A DNA stretch of 64,000 bases, from contig OZ076409.1 in assembly GCA_964187785.1 (NCBI GenBank), positions 62,436,001 through 62,500,000 of the forward strand. The letters are read 5' to 3'. The position numbers were made by a program, and so were the translations under genes. Within the stretch, counting starts at the first letter, position 1, and every line of letters starts with the position of its first letter. Shown in pieces: positions 24,801 to 38,227 of the stretch. This stretch comes from Amphiscolops sp. MND2022 (Eukaryota). Under the pieces are notes generated by a model. The model had not been told where the DNA came from. It was given only the letters and a program-made list of their open reading frames with translations, and did not search any database.

Positions 24801-27800
24801 TAACTCAAAATGGCTTACTTTAGTGTACTTCTATATGGAATAAGTTCTGTCGGTTAAAAAATTGTTGATTATGTCAAGCATTTTAGGTTTTTATTTGTCT
24901 TAACTCAAAATGACTCACTTTAGTGTAATTCCATAGGTGATAAGTTCTGTCGTTTCTAAAAATTGTTGAAAATTTCCAGCATTTTAATTTTTCAATTGTC
25001 TTTAACTCTCAAAATGGCTTACTTTAGCGTACTTCCATAGGGGATAATTTCTCTCGGTTTGAAAAATTGTTGATTATTTCTAGCATTTTAACTTTTCAAA
25101 AGTCTTTAACTCTCAAAATGGCTTACTTCAGTAAACTTCTATAGGGGATAAATTCTGTCGGTTTGAAAAATTGTTGATTAGGTCCAGCATATTAGTTTTT
25201 TATTTGTCTTTAACTCAAAATGGCTTACTTTAGTGTACTTTTATATGGAATAAGTTCTGTCAGTTAAAAAATTGTTGATTATGTCAAGCATTTTAGGTTT
25301 TTATTTGTCTTAACTCAAAATGACTCACTTTAGTGTAATTCCATAGGTGATAGGTCCTCTCGGTTTGAAAAATGGTTGATTATTTCCAGCATTTTAACTT
25401 TTCAAATGTCTTTAACTCTCAAAATGGCTTACTTTAGTGTTATTCCATAGGGGATAAATTCTTTCGGTTTGAAAAATTGTTGGTTATTTCTAGCATTTTA
25501 ATTTTTCAAAAGTCTTTAACTCTCAAAATGGCTTACTTCAGTATACTTCCATAGGGGATAAGTTCTGTCGGTATGAAAAATTGTTGATTATGTCAAGCAT
25601 TTTAGGTTTTCAAATGTCTTTAACTAAAAATGGCTTAGTTCAGTATACTTCCATAGGGGATAAGTTCTGTCGGTTAAAAAATTGTTGATTATGTCAAGCA
25701 TTTTAGGTTTTTATTTGTCTTAACTCAAAATGACTCACTTTAGTGTAATTCCATAGGTGATAAGTTCTGTCGTTTCTAAAAATTGTTGAAAATTTCCAGC
25801 ATTTTAATTTTTCAATTGTCTTTAACTCTCAAAATGGCTTACTTTAGCGTACTTCCATAGGGGATAATTTCTCTCGGTTTGAAAAATTGTTGATTATTTC
25901 TAGCATTTTAACTTTTCAAAAGTCTTTAACTCTCAAAATGGCTTACTTCAGTAAACTTCTATAGGGGATAAATTCTGTCGGTTTGAAAAATTGTTGATTA
26001 GGTCCAGCATATTAGTTTTTTATTTGTCTTTAACTCAAAATGGCTTACTTTAGTGTACTTTTATATGGAATAAGTTCTGTCAGTTAAAAAATTGTTGATT
26101 ATGTCAAGCATTTTAGGTTTTTATTTGTCTTAACTCAAAATGACTCACTTTAGTGTAATTCCATAGGTGATAGGTCCTCTCGGTTTGAAAATTGGTTGAT
26201 TATTTCCAGCATTTTAACTTTTCAAATGTCTTTAACTCTCAAAATGGCTTACTTTAGTGTTATTCCATAGGGGATAAATTCTTTCGGTTTGAAAAATTGT
26301 TGGTTATTTCTAGCTTTTTAATTTTTCAAAAGTCTTTAACTCTCAAAATGGCTTACTTCAGTATACTTCCATAGGGGATAAGTTCTGTCGGTATGAAAAA
26401 TTGTTGATTATGTCAAGCATTTTAGGTTTTCAAATGTCTTTAACTAAAAATGGCTTAGTTCAGTATACTTCCATAGGGGATAAGTTCGGTCGGTTTGATA
26501 ATTTGTTGATTATGTCCTGCGTTTTGGTTTTTTTTTCTTTAACTCTCAAAATGACTCACTTTAGTGTAATTCCATAGGTGATAAGTTCTGTCGTTTCTAA
26601 AAATTGTTGAATATTTCCAGCATTTTAACTTTTCAATTGTCTTTAACTCTCAAAATGGCTTACTTTAGCGTACTTCCATAGGGGATAAATTCTCTCGAAT
26701 TGAAAAATTGTTGATTATTTCTATATTTTAACTTTTCAATTGTCTTTAACTCTCAAAATGGTTTACTTTAGCGTACTTCCATAGGGGATAAATTCTCTCG
26801 GTTTGAAAAATTGTTGATTATTTCTAGCATTTTAACTTTTCAAAAGTCTTTAACTCTCAAAATGGCTTACTTCAGTAAACTTCCATAGGGGATAAATTCT
26901 GTCGGTTTGAAAAATTGTTGATTAGGTCCAGCATATTAGTTTTTTATTTGTCTTTAACTCAAAATGGCTTACTTTAGTGTACTTCTATATGGAATGAGTT
27001 CTGTCAGTTAAAAAATTGTTGATTATGTCAAGCATTTTAGGTTTTTATTTGTCTTAACTCAAAATGACTCACTTTAGTGTAATTCCATAGGTGATAAGTC
27101 CTCTCGGTTTGGAAAATTGTTGATTATTTCCAGCATTTTAACTTTTCAAATGTCTTTAACTCTCAAAATGGCTTACTTTAGTGTTATTCCATAGGGGATA
27201 AATTCTTTCGGTTTGAAAAATTGTTGGTTATTTCTAGCATTTTAACTTTTCAAAAGTCTTTAACTCTCAAAATGGCTTACTTCAGTATACTTCCATAGGG
27301 GATAAGTTCTGTCGGTTTGAAAAATTGTTGATTATGTCAAGCATATTAGTTTTTTATTTGTCTTTAACTCAAAATGGCTTACTTTAGTGTACTTCTATAT
27401 GGAATGAGTTCTGTCAGTTAAAAAATTGTTGATTATGTCAAGCATTTTAGGTTTTTATTTGTCTTAACTCAAAATGACTCACTTTAGTGTAATTCCATAG
27501 GTGATAAGTCCTCTCGGTTTGAAAAATTGTTGATTATTTCCAGCATTTTAACTTTTCAAATGTCTTTAACTCTCAAAATGGCTTACTTTAGTGTTATTCC
27601 ATAGGGGATAAATTCTTTCGGTTTGAAAAATTGTTGGTTATTTCTAGCATTTTAACTTTTCAAAAGTCTTTAACTCTCAAAATGGCTTACTTCAGTATAC
27701 TTCCATAGGGGATAAGTTCTGTCGGTTTGAAAAATTGTTGATTATGTCAAGCATTTTAGGTTTTTAATTGTCCTAAATCAAAATGGCTTACTTTAGTGTA

Positions 27801-29578
27801 CTTCCATGGGAGATAAGTTCTCTCGGTTTGAAAAATTGTTGATTGTTTTCAGCATTTTAACATTTCAAATGTCTTTAACTCTCAAAATGGCTCATTTTAG
27901 TGTACTTCCATAGGGGATGAGTTCTGTCGGTTTGAAAAAGTCTTGATTATGTCCAGCAATTTAACATTTCAAATGTCTTTTACTCTCAAAATGGTTTACT
28001 TCAGTATACTTCCATAGGGGATAAGTTCTCCCGGTTTGAAAAATTGTTGATTATTTCCAGAATTTTACTTTTTCAAATGTCTTTAACTATCAAAATGGCT
28101 TATTTTAGTGTACTTCCATGGGGGATAAGTTCTGTCGATTTGAAAAATTGTTGATTATGTCCCGCAATTTAACTTTTCAATTGTCTTTAACTCTCAAAAT
28201 GGCTTACTTCAGTATACTTCCATAGGGGATAAGTTCTGTCGGTTTCAAAAATTGTTGATTAGGTCCAGCATTTTAGTTTTATGGTTTTAACTCTCAAAAT
28301 GGCTTACTTTAGTGTACTTCCATAGGGGATAAGTTCTCTCGGTTTGAAAAATTGGTTACTTCCAGCATTTTAACTTTTCAGATGTCTTTAACTCTCAAAA
28401 TAGCTTACTTTAGTGTACTTCCATAGGGGATAAGTTCTCTCGGTTTGAAAAATTGTTGATTATGTCAAGCATTTTAGTTTTTCAAATATCTTTAACTCAA
28501 AATGGCTCACTTCCATAGGGGATAAGCTCTGTCGGTTTGAAAAATTGTTGATTATGTCCAGCATTTTGGTTTTTGTTTTTAACTCTCAAAATGACTCACT
28601 TTAGTGTACTTCCATAGGTGATAAGTTCTGTCGTTTCTAAAAATTGTTGAATATTTCCAGCATTTCAACTTTTCAATTGTCTTTAACTCTCAAAGTGGCT
28701 TACTTTAGTGTACTTCCATAGGGGATAAGTTCTGTCGGTTTGAAAAATAATTGATTATGTCCAGCATTTTAGTTTTTATTCGTTTTTAACTCAAAATGGC
28801 TTACTTTAGTGTACTTCCATGGGGGACAAGTTCTGAAAAATTGGTGATTATATCCAGCATTTTAGTTTTTTAAATGTCTAACTCTCCAAAGGTATTCGTT
28901 TCGAGTAATTTTTTAAGGGACCTGCAATGTTCGATTGAAAAATTATCGCTTATTTGCGGCATTTTGGTGAATAGTTTGTCTTTGTCTTATAAAATGGTTT
29001 TGTTTAGTATTTTTCAGTTTTTATTGATTATTCTTTCGGTTCCTTTTGCAAATTTTGTCTTCCTCTGATTTGCTATTTGGTTATTTCACTACTCCCATTA
29101 TGTAGACACAATGTACTGGGTAAGACAAGCCTAACCCAGCCTGCACAGTACGAGTGTCTACTGAGTTCTTAGTAATGGTTGACCTCTCTTGAAGCAGGTA
29201 GACCGTTACAGCTCTACTCTTCAAGAATCGGGTTGAGGTTAACCCTAGACTCCAGTAGACACTCAAAATCTCTTGCACAAGTACTGATTCGATTCGATTC
29301 CAATCTTCACTTTTCTTCCCTCTTCGATTTAAATACCTCTACACTGACTATATGGCGGTATCACATGTAAATTGTACAATTTCTCTACGTGGTATGGAGT
29401 TACTGCAATATTGTTTTCATCAATTGTTCTTGAAATTAACTAGCTTGCTCCGTCATTATTTTTTACTTTTGCTGACTTCTCTTTTGTCTTGGAAATAGTT
29501 TTTCTGGCTATCGTTTTTTTGCTTCTGAAAGGGTATAAAAGCAGAAATATTCGTGTGCCCCGGAGGGGCCTATTTTTT
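21871..29578 (+). mobile_element. Expanded HINE/DINE-like family A element carrying a satellite array
   Basis: 5' T-run plus hairpin taatatttctgct-tt-agcaggaatatta. Body homologous to 1561-2030. 3' subTIR aaagcagaaatatt, stem-loop gccccggaggggc and T-run at 29538-29578. Confidence 0.65.
22475..28880. repeat. Satellite array of about 102-bp monomers (roughly 60 copies) with higher-order repeats
   Basis: Monomer cttccataggggataagttctgtcggtttgaaaaattgttgattat...aactctcaaaatggcttactttagtgta. Diagnostic variants recur at periods of 504 (22681/23185), 820 (24851/25671) and 410 (26991/27401). Confidence 0.97.
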
Positions 29579-29671
29579 AACTATTTTTCTAATAGAAAAC
29601 GGCGGGTAAAAATGACACCTACTCTGACTAAACTGAGCACTTAAATCAAGGACCATAGCGAGCTACAGTAC

Positions 29672-31798
29672 TGTCACGGCCCGCTACCGGCCGAGGATGC
29701 GACTTCTGCTACGTGCTGGGCAGAGGAAGAGGCAGAGGGTATTCCAAATACCATTGAACTGAACCCGCTAATGTATGTATGTGTAAGCTAACCTAATTCT
29801 ACTTACAGTACAACTAAGATTAGGCGCAGATAAGCTGTTAAGTGAAAAATCCAACGTAAAGGCTACGGAATATTTTTCAGAAATGATTTTAAAACAGCGA
29901 AATTTCCGGCTTAATGTTTTCACATGTAACGCTATATTGCATTTCCGGTTTCGTTTTCTAAAGCGCCATACCAATCTAAATATTAAAACAGAAACATTCT
30001 CTAATAAGGGATCATTCTTTTTCTGCTCCACACTAAAATGAAAACATGAAAATGAAATTCAATTCCGAGAACCCAACGGAATTCGTTTGATCTAAAATGA
30101 AAAGAGCATACAGATAGAATAGTGGAATTGTTTTCCAGCAATTGGATAGTTGTCAATATTCACTTAAGAATACAATCAAGCAACTCGAGAGAATGTTTAC
30201 AAATTTATGACAGCGTCACGCAACTAGATTAAGGAGTAGGTGTTTCTATTTTTACGGACCAATAGCGTCGTCTCCATCATCCTTAGTTACCATAACAACG
30301 CCAATTGAGCGAGAGAATAAGAATGAGTTTGCTAACGCTGTCCGCTCTAACTCCACAAGCTAACACTGCTTAGCTATAACTAATCTTAATACGTACGGAG
30401 CATCTACCGAGCGAATTGTAAGATTGTAATTCAATTGCTCAGCTATAACTAATTTTAATAACTACGGAGCATTTACGGAGCATTTTGCGAAATTGTAACT
30501 GCAATGCATCATTTCAACCGAGTGTTAAACGAGGTTTTTTTGAATCGACGCATTTATGAATTTGTTAGGAATAAGACTTTATATAAAAAAGGTGTACTGT
30601 AAGAAAGGATGATGTAATCCATACCAACAGCTTTGTTTCTGAATGTGTATTGTTTTTTAGTTTTTCACAATTAAGGATGAAGCTAAAGTATTTACTACTC
30701 TTTCAATACCCTATGTAATTTTGTTGCCTTTTTACTATTAATTGTCAAAATGTCATACAATACTCATGAGTTGTTTATGTATATTAACGGATTGTTTCCG
30801 TCATGCAATTATTTGTCCCAATACTGTTGTTATTATGTTCTGTTGCTGCCCCAGTGATATATACTGTCACGTTAAATGCCATCTTAGCATCGTTTGTCCT
30901 CTATTAGCTTTTAAATATTTGCCATTCCCAATTTCTGTTTCAGTTCCGTTGATATTTTTGAGTGTCATACTTTTGCCTCGAGCGTTAAATTTTCCAACTT
31001 GGGAAATGACTAATTGATCACGCCGGCGTACCTTCGTCGATGAAAATTTCGCCTAGACTTTTATTTTGCCGCAATTTTGAGACTCAAACAGGAAATGGAA
31101 CTGTCTGAACAAAAATGATTTCAACAAATGTCACGGAATAGAGACGCAACTAGGAATTTCGATACCTGATTTTACGACGCGGGACTGAAATGATTTGAGT
31201 CATTAGCACTTTTTGATGAACAAACCTGATTTTTGCGATACCTAGGAATTTTTAGGTGAGGAACAAACAATGCTGGGGAAGTATATAAGTGTTTGCATGT
31301 AAATTTAGGTTAGTTAATTTTGTGATCGCTCTTGTAGTAAAACGTGTCGTTGAGTCAACGTAAAACCACTTCTTTGAAGAATTCACTATTCCCAAAGACC
31401 TTCTTTCCACTACCTAAAAATTACAACTAGAAGTTAGAAAAGAAAAGCAGTAGCAGAACTAGCTTCTGGAGATTTCAAAACCCCTGTAGTCGAAAACAAC
31501 TCTAATGAAAACCTAATTGCTGGACCTAGTAAAAACCCTAGAATAGGGCCTGGGAATCTCGAAGAGATAAAAACATCTTTGAGAAGAGAAATCATGACTG
31601 ATTTAACCAAAATACTCGCAGAAAACCAAAAGGAGATATTCAAACTGATAGCACCGCTAAGCAAAAAACGTTCAGTTTCCGCAAATGTCCAGGAATCTGA
31701 CTCTGAGCCTGGAGATGTCCCTGTAGCTAGAACGTCTACACCCGTGAAAACTAATACTGCGACTGGTTCTAAAACAACACCGGTAAACAGTCGTAACA
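29672..31798 (+). repeat. 5' LTR of the Gypsy element
   Basis: Colinear with 43270-45396, with scattered substitutions. TATA-like tatataag at 31282. Internal duplication of about 68 bp at 30372-30505. Confidence 0.96.
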
Positions 31799-32826
31799 TG
31801 GTGACAGAGTCCTCAATGACTCTACCAACCAACCCATGAAAAGACCGAAACAACAACGTGCATCCAGCGAGCAAACAAAGGACCGTCCTTCAACATCTAA
31901 AATACTGTTCGCACCCCAGCCGCAAACCTTCCCACCTGTCAACCAACTTCCGATGCCGAAAGCACTCACCGCTTCGCTTCCAGTCTTTGATGGTAAGTCC
32001 GAAAAGTTTGAACTTTTTGAGGACCTATTCCGAAACAATATCAAAATACCTCACCTAACCGAGATACAAAAGATCAACTATTTCCACTCTTTCCTACGAG
32101 GAAACGCGCTACAAGCGTACTGCAATCTAGACGACACTAAAAAATACAACCTGGAAGAAGTCATAGCGGCATTCAAACGTCGTTTTGGCGATTTCCAATA
32201 ATCTGCTAAGGCAAGATGCGAGTGGGACGCGCTGCATTTTGACCCCACTAAACAGAAACTCCATGAGTTCCTCGATACCTTGCAAAAAACCGCAAAAGTA
32301 GCGTTCCTCTCAGAGGCACAAAAACTTATTGACAAAGCCATATACGCTAAAATGCCGGATCACGTCAAAAAGATCCTCAATAGAGCCTACCTAGAAGATA
32401 AGCCATACAACAATATAGTGCTGCATCTTGAACGGGAGATGCGACTAAACGGACTAGGTACGCCCGACGAAACAACCCTAGTCCCCCTTACCACAGTGGA
32501 CGCCGTAGTGACGGAAGACAAGAAAGAACAACAACAATGAGGCTACTGTTTTCACTGTGGCAAATATGACCACTACAAGGCACAATGCCGTCGCCTCCGC
32601 AAAGACAGGTATTATGCAACAAAAAACAAACAACACTGAAACAAAACAGACCGAGGCACCAAAACCCAAATGTGACACTTGCGGAAAAATGCATAAAACA
32701 ATAAATTAATGGGACGAAGCCAACGCGGCAAACGACCCCCGCAAAAAGAAACGCGAATTTACCAGCCCAATAAACAAGATCGGTGAACAACCCGTACCCA
32801 CCCCGTCCTCTCAGCCAAAAAACTGG
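31420..32826 (+). pseudogene. gag: Gypsy gag, beginning inside the LTR; decayed
   Basis: The frame MTTRS*KRKAVAE...NSRNMVT (ATG intact in the 3' LTR at 45018, ATT at 31420) continues after a 1-nt slip into LPVFDGKSEKFELFEDLF. Knuckle CFHCGKYDHYKAQC plus a second CDTCGKMH remnant. Confidence 0.85.
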
Positions 32827-35800
32827 AATCGCCGCGCCTACGATTTGAGGAAAAAGTAGACGCGAGGGCGTACACAATAGAGGACCCCCCAAACAGGTAC
32901 GAAGAAGACTTTTTAACCGAAGAACCAACGCAGGACTGGCAACGGCGATGGAATGTCGGAATAATCCTCAGACATAACGCCACAAACCCAGAGAACCCAA
33001 CACCACTACCCCAATGGATAACGGAGTCGCCCGATAACTACGCGACACTCAAAAGACCTCTGCCCGAATCAAAAACGGAACGCATTTACATATACGACAG
33101 AGACTACAGATGTGACCCTTGGGATGAACCAACCATTTACGACACAAATAAACTCTCTTTCAAAATCCAAGTTCCCAACCCGCCAGCCCAATCCACAGAA
33201 ATTCCAAATCTACCATCACCACCGTCGCCCATCCTAAAAAGAACAACACTGTCACCCACAGTACCCGTCACCATCACGTCCACACCTTTAAATGCCGAGA
33301 ATATCATCTGCATTGAGGATAAAACAATATGGTCACGACAAGCAAGAGAACAACGAGAGAACACTGATCCGACCTCATCACTGCTACAAACCGCACCAGC
33401 CACAGCAATGAACGCTGAAGACGAAATAACAACGGGATGTCCTTCAAAGCTACCCGAAGATCTAGATATCATCAAAGAATTCAACCAGCACGACAAACAT
33501 GACGACTACATTCCGTTAATGTCCACAATCGCCCTCAAAAAGAAAAACGCATGCTCTTCCTACCAGTCGAATTCAACATTGTCAAAATCGACGCCTTAGT
33601 CGACTCAGGTGCGTACATTAACGCTATTGGTGAAAGGGATGCTGGAAAATTCCGCCAAAACGCGAGTTAACAAAGCACCACCACTCCCTTTCAAAGTACA
33701 GTACGCCAACGCCGAACTTGAACAACCACTTGCCACGTACACCTTACGCTTCAAAATAGGGGATTACACCTTTGAAGAAACATTCATCATCATGAATCAA
33801 ACGTCATTTTCTATAATTGGCTTGGCGTTCCTACGAAAACACGCCGCAATCCTCGACACTGCCCAAGGAACCATTGACTTCGCGAAGATTCAAATCACAA
33901 TGACTCTCACAGATGAAATGCGAAAGTGCAATCCTAAGCCCATCACAATAAAGACCGAAGCCAAGCATACAATTCCTGCGCACTCTACCCGAATCATCTA
34001 CGCATCGATCCACGTGAGTACTGAACATCCAATAACTGGCACAATACAACCCTTACCGCATATTGACGAATGTGCGAAAGTGATAGTAGCCCCAGCAATC
34101 ACCACAGCCAGGGATAAAAAGGTACCAATCAAAACCGCCAACACCACGGATTTTCCGTATACAATAGCTACCGACACCAATATCGCTGAATTACAAATTC
34201 TGAAGCCAGAAGACACGAAGATGATCCGTACAGTCGACAAAGCCACTCTAAATCTCCTCACCGAACACGTTGACGTAGTTACGTACATCAATGCATTAAT
34301 GCAAGTAGAACGGCCCGAAGATAACGAAGAGAAGTTCTGGTTTCCAACCCCAGAAAACCCAGGAGATGAACAAGAACATTCGCCCATCCAAAAGGGGATC
34401 TTGAAAGAACTACGGGACCTCGCCGAATTAGAAAAACTCGACCCAACTGAAAATGAAAAATCCCGAAACAAATTCCTTGCAATGTTCAAACGGACAGACT
34501 CACTGATTACGGGCAAGGACCGTCACAACCTAGAAAACACCATTGTTGAATTCCATGACATCTTTGCTCGTCACAGACTGGACATAGGCATGAACACGCA
34601 ATTCAAATCAGCCTAACTCCCAATCTCAAGGATGACAAACCAGTCTATACCCAAAGTCTACCAGTTCCGATCAACCTCGAAGACGATCTGACAGTGGAAC
34701 TAGCCCTCATGCACAGATTCGGAATCATCACGACACTCCCCTTCTCCAAATATGCCAGTCCCATATTTGCACAACGGAAACCCAACGGCAAGCTGAGACT
34801 ATTGGTGGATCTGCGCAAAATCAACGCACTCATTGCAGATGACATCAACAACAACCACCCCGTCAGCACCCTCTCAGATGCGGCACAACACCTTGCGGGG
34901 AAGAAACTGTTCTGCAATCTCGACTGCTCCCAGGCATACCACTGCCTCCAAATGGTAGACCAAAGGTCAGTAGAATTACTTGCTTTTAACTTAGCTAGTA
35001 GGACGTTTGCCTACCGTCGCCTAGCCCAAGGCCTAAGCAGAGCGTTGTCAGCCTTCTCAAGCTTCATGCGGGAGTATCTCGACTCAGTCATCAAAGCAGA
35101 TCAGCGTGCGCAATACGTTGACGACATTGGCATAGCCGCAAACACAACGGAGCAACTCATCAAGAACATCAGAGCAGTCTTCAAGTGCATCAGGTAAGCG
35201 GGACTAAAACTGACCATTGAAAAAAGTCATTTTGATGTGACACTAGTCGAATTCCTTGGACGAACCATCACCCCGGACGGAATAGCCCCGAAGGATCGAA
35301 AAATCAAAAATTTTCTTTCGAAAGTTCAATTTCCGAAATCCAAAAAACAAGTTCAAAAGTACATTGGGTTTGTCAACTAATATCGCAACTATATACCACG
35401 CCTATCAGAAAAACTTATCGGAATGTTTGAACTGCTAAAAGCCGACTCCAAGATCAGAATTTTAGAAGAACTCGTCGATAACTTCAAAGAAATTAACGCC
35501 AGCCTAGCGGAGGCCTGCGGTCTTGCACTCAGACAACCCATAGCAGGAAAACAATACGTTCTAATGACGCATGCCAGTTTCTGAGCATCTGGCTACGCCC
35601 TCATGATTGAAGAAAATGATGAACGAAAATTGCTCTCCAAAAGAAAAACGTTCGCACCAGTAGCGTTTGGCTCACGTGTATTTTCACCTGCTCAACTGAA
35701 AATGTCCATCTACTGTAAGGAATTCCTGGCAATCTACCATGCCTTCCTCGAATACAGCCACATACTATGGGAGACAACAATTCCGACACTAGTCCTAACA

Positions 35801-38045
35801 GACAACCGCTCAGTCACAAGATTTTTCCAGACAAAAACGACACCTCCTGCACTCTGGAATGCCTGCGACTACGTACTACAATTCAAGTTCCGAATCATGC
35901 ACGTAGCAGGCTCCCAAAACACGGCAGCAGACTTCCTCTCAAGACTCGAACTCACACCGAAAGAGAAAGTACAACTGAAAATACGTGATGACATACTAAC
36001 GACACCAATTGAGGTCAATCTCCAATCCTCAGACGTAGCGGATGAAGAACAACTTTTCTTCCTACCGGACGAAGAAGAAGAATCCGAACAAAAAATATTT
36101 GCAAGGAAAGCACTCAGCAAGCAGTGTTCTATCGACAAACACGAAAAATAACTATCAACAAAAGTAACTGAAGTCCTCAAGATACCCCTCAACTCCGCAG
36201 TCTACTCGTTCGGCGCAATCAAGGAAAATGCACGAATCAGAAATTAGCAAGATGCAGATCCTCTCCTTAAAGCATAGAAACAACGGATCTCACACGAAGA
36301 ATATGACAAACATCTTCTCAAAACTGAACCAAGAGGACGAAACCTATTACGTCACGAAGAACGAATCATATTGAAAGATGGAGTCCTAATGCAGAAATAC
36401 TACGGGGAAGACGGATCAGTTACACACAACCAAATCATAATCCCAAAACACCTAGTCCCAGAACTCTTGTCCACTCTGCATGGAAAAACAAACAAACACC
36501 CAGGATTTACCGAAATGATACAGGAATGCAGAGCGAAATACTACTTTCCGGGTCTTGCACGTAAAATCAGAGCTTGGGTAACCAGCTGCTCAGATTGCAT
36601 TACCAACAAAAGAATAGACACGAGAGAGATACGTCCCAAATTGCTCAGCAACACCGAATTCACCATGGGACCAGAAGACTGTTTAGAAGTGGACATCTTA
36701 CCGAATCTTACTTCCTCAAATGGATACCAACACATCATAACGATGATGGACGTTTTCTCTCGCTACCTTTTCGCATACCCGACTCAAGACATGACAGCAA
36801 AAACAGTGGCAAGATGCAGAATTGATGTCATGACAAGGCATTGCTACCTACCAACCGTGATACTAACATTCAAAGGGTCACAGTTCAGATCTGAGGTAGT
36901 CAGCCAAATAGCTCAAACGCTCGACATACGGATAAGCCACGCATCAACGAAACATGCTCAAACAATCGGCATCTTAGAAAGAACACACGCTTCTTTGAAA
37001 ACTTCGGTAAAAATTTCAACGGGAGAACGCCGTTCCATGTAGCACAAATACGTCGAAATTGCAGTCATGAACTACAATACAAGCTACCACGAAAGCTCAG
37101 GGTGTGAACCCTTAACAGTGTTCCACGGACGCATTCCGTACAACATCCTAGACATCAAATTTGGACTGAAGCCCAATTGGAAGAATGACAACACCGAAGA
37201 ATTAACGGATCAACTACAAAAACGAATAGCCGAAATACATCAAGCAGCTAAAGACAATTTAATGCAGTCCTATCTGAAATACAAACAGTACTACGACAAG
37301 AAGGCATCAGCTACGTCCTTAACGACTACTGCTACGTCCTTAACCCGAAAGCAGACAATCAATCAATGAAATTTACCTTCAAAGATTGTGTTTGGACTGG
37401 TCCTTACATGGTCGTTAAAGTCCTCTCGAACAATAAATACGTCGTACGTCGCACGGGAACTCGATATACTCAAACCCTCCATAGAATTCGCCTAAGGCTA
37501 TATGCGCTCAATCAGCGAATACCTGACGTAACAGTCAGAAGGGAAGATTACCTTCCAGACCCAGAGGTTAAAACAACCCACAATGATTGGTACGCGCAAG
37601 CTTGGGAAACTGAATTCGTAGAAGTTCTGTTCGGAAATACCACAGACAACGTTTCAGAAGAAACCACAGTTACAGAGATCACAGATACAGCAGGAAATGA
37701 CGACAATACAGCGGAAAATGTTGTGGTTCAAACAAACACAAACGAAACTATTACGGAAAATGACGTGGTTCGAACAACAACAAATGAGAATACTGAAGAG
37801 GATAAAACATCCTCCGATAACGTTACGTCATTCAACCTAGATGTCAGCGATAGTCCATATATTTTGACTCCGCCGCCTATAACAAGCCCCCCCCCCCCCC
37901 AAAAAAAACTTTTGAACTACCACCTATTGTCATTGGGTATAACCCCAGAAAAATTGGAAGATATAACTTGCGACCTAATGCCAATCCTGACTTCAGAATG
38001 CTTGACTCAGTTACTTCGGAAGACTTACGTCAAACTCACAACTAA
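32817..38045 (+). pseudogene. pol: Gypsy pol (long pre-protease region, PR, RT, RNase H, integrase); decayed
   Basis: PR LVDSGA near 33595; RT KLRLLVDLRKIN, LDCSQAY, YVDD; RH EFLAI, TDNRS, NTAADFLSR; IN LH-x5-HPG...CSDC, DVFSRY, ERTH. Gypsy order RT-RH-IN. Confidence 0.93.
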
Positions 38046-38227
38046 ATGAAAAGATCAGCATACCAAAACGAACCGGAATGGCTACGTCAAATTGTGCTTC
38101 AACTTTCTAAACTCTATGAACACAATGGATACCAGACGTACCCCAACAAAACATATACATCAACAAAGCAAATGGAGTCATTAAACAGTACAAAAATTTT
38201 CACTTTATATGACGAAAGACGTTTGGA

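Noticed and set aside
22475..28880. CRISPR-like array
   Set aside because: Whole monomers repeat with no unique spacers, there are no cas genes, and the context is eukaryotic.
29768..31017. ORFs 29768-30031 (-) and 30742-31017 (+), repeated at 43366-43629 and 44320-44616
   Set aside because: They recur only because they lie in the LTRs; non-ATG starts and no protein-like motifs.
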